Shown piece by piece: positions 23,287 to 32,138 of a stretch of 32,138 nucleotides of DNA; positions within the stretch are counted from its first letter, which is position 1, and every line of letters begins with the position of its first letter. The position numbers and the translations under genes were made by a program. The stretch is from contig NC_068987.1 in the NCBI RefSeq assembly GCF_001194135.2, positions 68,795,941-68,828,078 of the forward strand, read 5' to 3'. Source of the DNA: Octopus bimaculoides (taxonomy: Eukaryota). The notes under the pieces were generated by a model. That model was not told where the DNA came from and did not search any database. It saw only the letters and a list, made by a program, of their open reading frames with translations.

Positions 23287-24029
23287 AGGTGTGGTCGTGT
23301 GGTAAGAAACTTGGTTCCCAGCCACATGGGCTGGAGTTCAGTCTCACTGCATGGGTACCTTGCACAAGTGTCTTCTACTATATTCTCGGGCCAACCAATG
23401 CCTTGTGAGAGTATTTGGTAGACGGTAATTGAAAGAAGCCTGTCATATATATATATATATATATATATATANNNNNNNNNNNNNNNNNNNNNNNNNNNNN
23501 NNNNNNNNNNNNNNNNNNNNNNNNNNNNNNNNNNNNNNNNNNNNNNNNNNNNNNNNNNNNNNNNNNNNNNNNNNNNNNNNNNNNNNNNNNNNNNNNNNNN
23601 NNNNNNNNNNNNNNNNNNNNNNNNNNNNNNNNNNNNNNNNNNNNNNNNNNNNNNNNNNNNNNNNNNNNNNNNNNNNNNNNNNNNNNNNNNNNNNNNNNNN
23701 NNNNNNNNNNNNNNNNNNNNNNNNNNNNNNNNNNNNNNNNNNNNNNNNNNNNNNNNNNNNNNNNNNNNNNNNGTTTCAGTCATTAGAGTACGGCCATGCT
23801 GTGTGTGTTTGTGTGTCTGTGTGTGCGTGTGCGTGTGTGTGTATGTGTGTATGTGTGTATGTGTGTGTGTGTGTGTGTGACCACCGTTTGACAACCGGTG
23901 CTGGTTTGTTTATTTTTAGCCGTTCGGCAAAAGAGTCCAATCAAACAAGTCCCAGGATTTAAAAAAAAACTAGCACTAAGATCGATACATTCCACAGTCT
24001 CATGACTGAAACAATTAAACGATAAAAGA
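23287..24029 (+). mobile_element. SINE family B, full-length, with gap in the internal microsatellite
   Basis: GGTCGTGTGGTAAG...GAGTTCAGTCTC...GTGTCTTCTACTAT...GAAAGAAGCC-(AT)n-gap-(GT)n-...TTTGACAACCGG...ATGACTGAAACAATTAAACGATAAAAGA. Confidence 0.85.
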
Positions 24030-25043
24030 TATTTTTGGTATTGTTTTTGTTGATGCAAAACCGATATTGAACTCCGAAATATAAAGCATGTACGTGATGA
24101 AAAACATTTCAGTTGTGAACATCCCATCGTTTGTTTTTTTTTTTCCCCACGTAGTGTATCTAAGACTACCACTGTCCACTGTGTTCTTCCTTCTTTTAGA
24201 TAGTACAGCGGAGTTGAGTGAGATTATTGCAATTTCTTGCAAATCGCGTTATCACATAGAATCCCCTCGTTGGGATTCGATTCTTTTCTAGCAGAGACGA
24301 ATGGGGCTATTTGATGTAAACTATTCCTACTCTATATTCTAAGTTATTTGATATAAGCTATGATTGGTGCCAAGAGAGATGAAAAGGTTAGTCAATCTTG
24401 TCTTTGAATGTTTGACAGGAAATCACTAAAGTAAATACTGCAAAATCAGTTCAAGTGCACCAACTAATTCTGATGCACCAGTGCAACTCACATTCTTCCG
24501 GCCTCCACCTCTCTCTTTCTCTGCTTTCTGTCAGTCTGTCTCTTTATCCCTCTCTCTCTCATACAATTACAAATGCAGGAAGAGAATGTGGTTAAGCAAC
24601 TACCGTCCTTTCATTGGAGAATCGGATAGAGCTACCTCAGTGCTGTATATGAATGTTCTGGGCGAAAAAAGCATGAAATATCAAACAAAATAGGATGCGG
24701 TCACAAGAAGGACTGAGTACCAAAAGGTTTTAGGAATAAGGTTTTAGGAAATTAATGCAATTTTGTTATTCTTTCATGTCTGTTCTATAGACGAATGGAA
24801 AGTAGCAAGGGGAAGAGTTAAAGGTGGTGAACATATTCAGAGCCGACTTGAAAACTGGTGGATATTTTAGAAAAAGAGTTGAGTCAGGGACATAAGATAA
24901 AGAGAGAAAAAAAAAAGTTCGTAAATTGATATTTAATAAACAGAGGCTTCACGAAAATAATGAAAACGAAACGCAATTAAGTGTCTACACAAACACATAT
25001 CTATAACACGCAGGTGTGTGTGTATACATACATACACACACAT

Positions 25044-25101
<58 letters not shown>

Positions 25102-25501
25102 AAATCAAAAATAAAAACAAAAACAGGAAAACAAGAAAAGTTCAGAAGACGAACACAGTGAATATATTTGAATAAATATAACGGCCCCTACTGTAGTGTT
25201 TTCTTTATATCTTTATATATGTGCGTATGCATGACTATATATGTATGTATGAATGTATGTATGTATGTATGTATGTATGCACAATATTAATTGAAGACGT
25301 GGGGCTGTGATTGTAGCGAAAGTTGATGTCCGATTATTAACCTCACTTGGTTGATGTCATCCTTCAGTCTAAAAGTGTCAATGGCTATTTTCTAGAAGAG
25401 TGAGCCGCATCACCTTTATAAGTGCTTCTTATTTTTGCAAGAGAAGGGGCGGAATTTATTTACAGCCCCGACATTTGTTCAAGAAAGAATTCCTCAAAGA
25501 C

Positions 25502-25610
25502 ATAAACAATTCCTTTAATGGATAGGATTTTGCCTACAAACTTCAGCCACAATTCTTTTGTAAAAGATACTTTGCCAGGGAACCTTACATCGGGATTGAA
25601 CCCGAGGTAC
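25502..25610 (-). mobile_element. Short deletion-derivative of SINE family B (variant copy 1)
   Basis: 25542-25581 matches 27709-27748 at 38/40 nt. GGGATTGAACCC is a reverse-complemented B box. Confidence 0.6.
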
Positions 25611-25794
25611 TGTGACGTGTATTTCTAAACGATAAAGTGATACCTATATTATGTACACCGTTCACATTAGTCGGACTAGTGTCATCATCTTCATTATTAG
25701 TTTTACTACGTCTTGACTATGTAGGCTCCAGGATTTTTCAGATATCTTGTGATTTACCTTAGTGTCTTATCCGGTACTGAAATCAGAACATCTA

Positions 25795-25910
25795 GGTGCC
25801 TGCACTGAAGAAAGCTGGAGCGTACACAACCGAAACGTAGTGAAACCGACAACTAAGATGAGGGCACCAGTAAAGTAAACTGCATACATAATATAAATTC
25901 CTCATCTCAA
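25795..25910 (+). mobile_element. Possible Penelope-like element terminal repeat with decayed minimal hammerhead motif
   Basis: CTGAAGA-A-AGCTG-gagcgtaca-CAACC-GAAA-CGTA at 25805-25839, followed by an 8-bp stem AGATGAGG/CCTCATCT (25856-25863 and 25900-25907). Confidence 0.4.
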
Positions 25911-27349
25911 AAGTATAGAATTGTACTGTACCTGTTTGTATTATCCTTGTTCCACTACCTAATAAATGTAAACATAATAATGTATGTATGAATATGAAAA
26001 TGCTAGATTTTTATAACATACGTAGATTTATGATTCTTATGGTATATGTTATATATTTGAATGGGGGATTTCTGTTTGCACAGTGTTTATATGACTGTGT
26101 TCATTTGCGTGCATTTTAATATTTATACTTTCGTAACTTTCTTCCTCTGAATTCGTTTATGATATAGATTTATGTCATTGTAAAACATTTTGCGTATTCA
26201 TAGCGGGTTGGAATCGTTTATGACAGCGATTGAAAACTATCTTGCGGAGGTGTGTTAGTGTGAAATCCATAAACTATTAGTACTGTATTTTATCGGTGTT
26301 CTGTCGATACAGCTGTTTGCCCTTCAGACATTTGTTCTTCCTTCACGTTTCTTGCGATTAGCTGACACAACATTTTCTTCTTGTTAGAATGTTTTCGCTT
26401 CTTTCTTTCATCCAGAAACCTGTCCGTATACATAGTTTCATTTTCAACAGTTTATATTAGATAGAAATCATTTGTGAAGCAGTAATTTGTTTAACCCTCA
26501 CTTTTGAACTGGAAGGGTTTTAAATATACGCATGTAACTTCTCTCATATATGTATGTGTAATGCATAAACATATGTATACACACACACACACACACACAT
26601 ATATATGTCTCTGTGTCAGTCCGCCAGCCTGTCTGTCTATCTCTCTCCCTCTCTCTCTATATATATATGTACACACACACACACGCGCGTGTACATTTTT
26701 GTAGGGAGTTACTTCTATGTCATATGTTACGGGTGATTTCTTAAATGATCGTAGATTGGCAAGGTAAAAATCTACGCACGCACGATTTGAAATCAGAATA
26801 AGACTTAAGTATTGTCAATTATTCAGCCTATCACTGTACCGTTTCTTTAATCTATACAAATTCAGATGAATAATTTATCTATCGGGTTTAAATGGGCTTC
26901 GTTATGTTACTTATAACAAGTGACACGAAACCGTTTAACTGTCAGAACTTATTTCATAGTTTGGATAAACTTTATAATTCGTAACTAACTGCGTTACACT
27001 TTGTATTCGTTTGGGTGTATTCGCACCAGTTTAAAACTCGCCTTGTGGGAGTATTTGCAAATCTCTGTTCGTATTTTCCAGATAAATTTTGATATTGTTT
27101 ACCATTGACATTAAAATGTTCACATGGATTCTATACTAGCCTTTGTACCGTTATATCGCATATACACATTAGTAACTAGGCTTTTACGCGGTTACCAGTT
27201 TACTTGTAGCAAAAGCTGTCTGTGTCCACATCAACACTCATCATACAGTCTTTAAAAACAAAGAACAGGTTGAATAACGTAAACCGAAATGCAGTGAATG
27301 TAAAGAGCATATGTCAGAAACCATATCTAATTTCAGCCATTCGCCTAGC

Positions 27350-27960
27350 TGTTCCGGATGGATTAACAGTGAAGCTCTTGCGTTGCAAGAAATAGTCTGC
27401 AAGAGTTGACTGTGTTCTGACTAGTCAGCTGACTTGAAATCCCATGTGTTCTCGAACCATATCGCACTTCAAGTCGTGATAGAAGTAGTCGTAAGACGAC
27501 CGGATTAACGCAAACATAGATCGAGTTTGGATTTGGAAAAGAGAAAGTGTATTTAGAGGATTTGAATGTCAGACAGTAATACTTGCAAGTCAGGAAAGTA
27601 ACTGATGCAGAAACTTGAGAAGTGCAAATGATGCTTAGATTTTGTCACTACGCAATGATATAAACAGTCACTCGGTTGGATGGGCTTCTTTAGTTTTCGT
27701 CTACCAAATTCAGCCACAATGCTTTTGTAAATGATACTTTGCCAGGGATCCGAACAGCGGGATTGAACCTGAAGTCATATCTGTTGAATAATAAATTTGA
27801 AGAATACTGAAGTGAAGGTTAGGTCCTCGATAAAAGAAGAGACATAATTGAAGAGTTGTTAGTGGGTGACCCGGTCCGTGGAATCCAGTGAGCAGTTAGA
27901 GGAAGCAGATGTAATAGGAAGATTTGAATTAGACAAACTGAATGATTTTGTTACCAATAT
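27350..27960 (+). mobile_element. Decayed RTE-like LINE APE domain, interrupted by a SINE
   Basis: Collinear APE-like motifs across frameshifts and stops: LALQEI (27377-27394), EFGF (~27523-27534), LNVRQ*YLQVRKVTDAET*EV (27562-27624), VLDKRRDIIEELLVGD (27823-27870), VIGRFELDKLND (~27908-27943). Confidence 0.55.
27660..27775 (-). mobile_element. Short deletion-derivative of SINE family B (variant copy 2)
   Basis: TTTTCGTCTACCAAATTCAGCCACAAT...GGGATTGAACC. Shares its deletion and 5' flank motif with 25502-25610. Confidence 0.65.
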
Positions 27961-28549
27961 CCAGGAAAGAGAAAGAAAAAGCAAGGAGAGTGGAATCATT
28001 ATATGCACAAAATAACAACTATTGCAGTGAAATTTGAAGAGAGCCGCCTGAGCAGACGAAATAACTGTAGATAGCAACGAAAGATTCCTGTGTTGGCTCG
28101 GAATACGATACGAAGTACGTGGTTTGTATGTAGTACGTGAGTCGATGGAAGCTAGGGTAAAAGAAAATCGCCCCGTGAGTTTAATTTTAGTTTTTGGTAA
28201 CTAAGGAATTGTGGAGGATTCCGTAGCGTCGTAATTTCAGATAACCTGATCTCGGGAGCTTGGTCCAAATACCTATTGTTAAGTATTGTTATACCGAGTG
28301 GTGTAATGTGCTGACCACCCACAAAAGGCAGGAATACACTACTCCACGACAAGACTATATATAACTGTGATGCAAATTTTTTCAATATGTATGCACCCAT
28401 ACACACACACACACATACATACACGCACACACAAACATACACACATTTGAAAAACTGCTTACGAATTATCTGATAATACTCAGATTTTTCTGCAATGTTC
28501 GGTGAAATGCGTACGTGTGCGTGCGCCCGTGTGTGTATTTTAAGTCCAT

Positions 28550-28550
<1 letters not shown>

Positions 28551-28634
<84 letters not shown>
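28551..28634. repeat. (GATA)n microsatellite
   Basis: Read directly from sequence. Confidence 0.95.
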
Positions 28635-29756
28635 AATGTATATAATTATAGATACGCACTTCTGTTTGCATACAAGTCTTAGTCGTTGATTGGACTGTAA
28701 CCATTTCGGTGTACCTCTATCACATTCATTATTGGAGACGTATGTTTGTATGTTGTCTGTGAGCTGATAATCACATGGGTCTTTAAAGTAATGGGAAACA
28801 AAAGAGGGGAAGGAAACAAAGTGCATAGGGCTCCACTTTTGTAATTGCTAGTTTAAGTATGCAAGCCGTCTGTCTAAGCTGCCTCTTCTTCGGTGTTTTT
28901 CTCCAATCTTGTCTGCTCTGCTAGTTTAGTTGGTTATGCTAAGTGACCGGGTACACTTATAGTTCACAAGTTTTCTTTTTAGATGTTGTATTTCAACACA
29001 GTACACACAAACTTCCTTCAATTCATATATGTGTGTGAGTGTGTGTGCGTGTGTGTGTGTGTGTGTGTGTGCGTGTGTGTGTGTGTGTGTAAAATGGTGT
29101 CACGTTATTGATGATGATGATGATGATGATGATACTGTTGCTCTAGTGCTTAATGGTCGCGGTATGGGTGGTGCGAAAATTCTCAGACAGACACTGGAAT
29201 TATTTTCCTTTCTCTCAACAATATCGCCGCCCTATTTAGATTTCGTTTTTGATGTTTGTGTTATTGTCACTCTCACACAGCTTTTCCTTCCTTTTTTCTT
29301 TCATTTTCTTTCTTTCTTCCTTCTTCAGTTTCTATATTTTCTCTTGTTCGTTTTTAGTTATTTCTTTTATTAATGTTTGTTTTTGTTTATATTTTTGTTT
29401 ATTTTTCTTCTTTTTATTGTTTAATTTTTCTGTCTTTTTTATTGTCATGATTTATAATAGATTTTATAAATAAAAAAAACAAAATTCTTTATTCATTTAT
29501 ATATTTTTTCCTCAGATAAATTTATTGTTTCCTTACCTCTCTTTTATATGTACTGTATTTCAGGCTCATACATGTGTGTGTACTTAAGTGTGTATGCATG
29601 CTATATATATTATATACATACATATATATATATATANNNNNNNNNNNNNNNNNNNNNNNNNNNNNNNNNNNNNNNNNNNNNNNNNNNNNNNNNNNNNNNN
29701 NNNNNNNNNNNNNNNNNNNNNNNNNNNNNNNNNNNNNNNNNNNNNATCTCTCTCGC

Positions 29757-29810
<54 letters not shown>

Positions 29811-29826
29811 TAAAGATACACACACA

Positions 29827-29864
<38 letters not shown>

Positions 29865-30299
29865 GATATGTATACATATGTATACATATGTGTGTATATA
29901 TATACATATGTGTGTGTATACATATATAGGTGTGTGTGTGTGTATGTATAAAATGTCTAATTTTAATATGTTTATTTGCCTTTGTCTTGATGGATTTTAT
30001 TATTCTTGTTTGTTTTTATTATTCTTGTGCGCCGGGGAACGGCTAACAAATTATAACAAAGACAAGTCAAATTTATATTTCCTTACACACGCACATAGAC
30101 ACACACATACGGACGCGCGCGCGCGCGTGCGCGCGTTTATATTTTGTCTTCTACCTCTTCGTCTTGCGCTTTCTCAATAAACAGAGACACTGTCACCTTT
30201 CATTTTTCTCTCCCTCCCATCTCCCCCTCGCACTCTTGTTTTTTTCTCCTCCCCCATCTCTTTCTTTAACTCATACTGTACATTTTGTTCGCTGTTAAG

Positions 30300-30388
30300 G
30301 ATTAGCAACAGCAGTACAGTAGTAGTAGTACAGTAGTCGCAGCAGCAGCAGCAGAACAGTACTAATAGCAGCAGCAGCAGTAGCAGTA

Positions 30389-30439
<51 letters not shown>

Positions 30440-30497
30440 TGGTAGTGGTAGTAGTAGTAGTTGTAGTAGTAGTAGTAGTAGTAGTAGTAGTTGTTGT
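30300..30497. repeat. (CAG/TAG/TGG)n trinucleotide tract
   Basis: Read directly from sequence. Confidence 0.9.
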
Positions 30498-30560
30498 TTA
30501 ATCCCAGGTTAACATGGATAGAGAAAATCTGCGACGACAGTGTTCCCGCTAACAGCCATT
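30490..30560 (-). mobile_element. Family E tail fragment, degraded
   Basis: GTTGTTGTTTAATCCCAGGTTAAC... has the same layout as 6818-6880. Confidence 0.35.
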
Positions 30561-30701
30561 TTAGTTTCTAGTACAGTGTTTGCTTTTTCGTTTCAAACTG
30601 CAATTATAAGTTGAATGATATCTGGTTGGTATGTCATTGTAGGGCCACCAACTTCTTAGAAACAACTTAAGTTTGTTAGTTATCGATATAGTTATGCCTA
30701 T

Positions 30702-30956
30702 ATGCCTGTGCACACCTTTCAATGCAACGTATGCCAGAAGGATTGGAAATCTAACGGAGGCCTCAAAAGACATTTTAAGATCCACAACGATCAGAATTTA
30801 ACTGCAGCTATTGGTGGTCCAAATCGAATAAACAATCTATGTGGGTGTCTTTTCATTGTCTGGTTTAAAAAGCCACATCAGATGAATGATGGTTTTAAGG
30901 TGTAGGTACAGGAGGTGGTCAAACTCAGCATACGGAGTAGACAACCACCATGTATG
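30702..30956 (+). mobile_element. Decayed two-finger C2H2 coding fragment plus terminal hairpin; probable 3' end of an RTE-like LINE
   Basis: FQCNVCQKDWKSNGGLKRHFKIH (30717-30785) is an exact C-x2-C-x12-H-x3-H finger. A second broken finger NNLCGCLF/SLSGLKSHIR* (30831-30885) has a frameshift. ACTC-agcatacg-GAGT hairpin at 30923-30938, then ACAACCACCAT. Confidence 0.6.
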
Positions 30957-31499
30957 AAGATAAGTAGGTAGGTAGTGGCGGTATAATCAAGGGTACTGTT
31001 TTGTTTTATGTGTATCCGTCTCTGTAAGTGATGGTAAGAATTGAAAAAATTGCTAAAGAGAAAAAAAAAGTCAAGGATTTGGCGGGATGATGTGTGAAGT
31101 GGAGTCTGTGAAGCAATATTTTTCTTATTATTGTAAATGATTTTATTATTATTGAAATTTGGGAGGGGCATCATGCCGATAATAATAAACACACGCACAG
31201 GTTCCGTCTTTTATTGTTATTGGTAGTTAATGGGTTAGTTACTCCGTTAACCAATTAAGCAATCCGCCGTTTTTTCTTTCTAGTTTTTCAAACTCATTTG
31301 TTAAACAATTGGTTAAACAGTTAATCGTTCAAATGTTCAGTATTGTTAGTGTTGTCATTTTCCTTTTTTGTCTATTATTGTTGCTGATTCATTGGTAGGA
31401 CTAAACACGAAAAGTATGGAAACTGCAGTGGGAATATATATTGTGAATGGGAATGATAATCATTATAGTTTCAAATATATTTGACAGCCACAATTTTTT

Positions 31500-31650
31500 G
31501 TTGGATTGGTTACTCGATTAAATTAAATTCCAGTACTTTAATGGGTCTTTATTTCATCGACTCCAATAGGAAAAGGATGAAACACTAAGTAAGTAAACCT
31601 TGGAGGTATCGGAACACAGAATTTAAAGAGCTAGAAAATATTTTGTCCAT
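31500..31650 (-). mobile_element. Highly degraded SINE family A copy
   Basis: CCAGTACTTT...ATTTCATCGACTCC...AAAGGATGAAA...CCTTGGAGGTATCGGAACACAGAATTTAAAG follows the family A motif order. Confidence 0.5.
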
Positions 31651-32138
31651 CACAACGTTGTTGGTATCGAAAATTGAGTAGCTTCTACTTTCGTTTACCA
31701 CGAAACACCCTTTTCAGCAGACATATCCTCAAATACATTCTATTATTGATCATCCGGTTCATTTTTCAGGTACAGTTTATGTAGTGCTATATCATTCAAC
31801 CGGCTTTTTTTAAAACAAGCTACAATGTTATGCGAGGAGAATTTTGCTGCTATTTCTAGTTGATCGAGTGACAGGCTTGTGAAACAGCAAAGTTTTTAAC
31901 ACAGCTAAGATCTTTGTCATACTAATAGCTAGGTGTTTATGATCTTAGATGGCTTATCACTGATACACCGATTGAGTTGAATTTTAGGGTCGATAAAATA
32001 AGCACCTGATCGGCTGGAACAAGGAGGGAAAGAAGGAGTGCAGACGGAACTGACGAGACGTTTGACACAAAGTGCTTTACAATTATTCATTTCTGTTATT
32101 ATTATTATTATTATTTTTTTTTTTTTTTTTTTTTTTTT

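Noticed and set aside
24723-24750. 14-bp tandem duplication AAGGTTTTAGGAA(T/A)
   Set aside because: Real but a trivial slippage duplication, with only two units.
26180-26430. Possible minus-strand RT relic (GF...FMDF)
   Set aside because: Motif match too weak and needs several frameshifts.

Overview
Gap-rich eukaryotic draft scaffold: 15 N-runs, most flanked by microsatellites. It is AT-rich and non-genic, with no intact host protein-coding gene, RNA gene or CRISPR array that I can support. Nearly all supplied ORFs are translations of microsatellites or N-gaps. Identifiable content: (i) at least four families of tRNA-headed SINEs or SINE tails; (ii) decayed RTE-like LINE fragments (endonuclease, RT, and a 3' end with two C2H2 zinc fingers); (iii) a ~900-bp non-autonomous DNA transposon with GG...CC TIRs and a perfect 8-bp TSD, carrying a SINE fragment and a TTAGGG-flanked gap; (iv) a possible Penelope-like terminus with a decayed hammerhead motif; (v) very dense simple repeats. 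The repeat landscape resembles octopus/coleoid cephalopod DNA. That assignment, and all family names, come from by-eye pattern recognition, not database searches.
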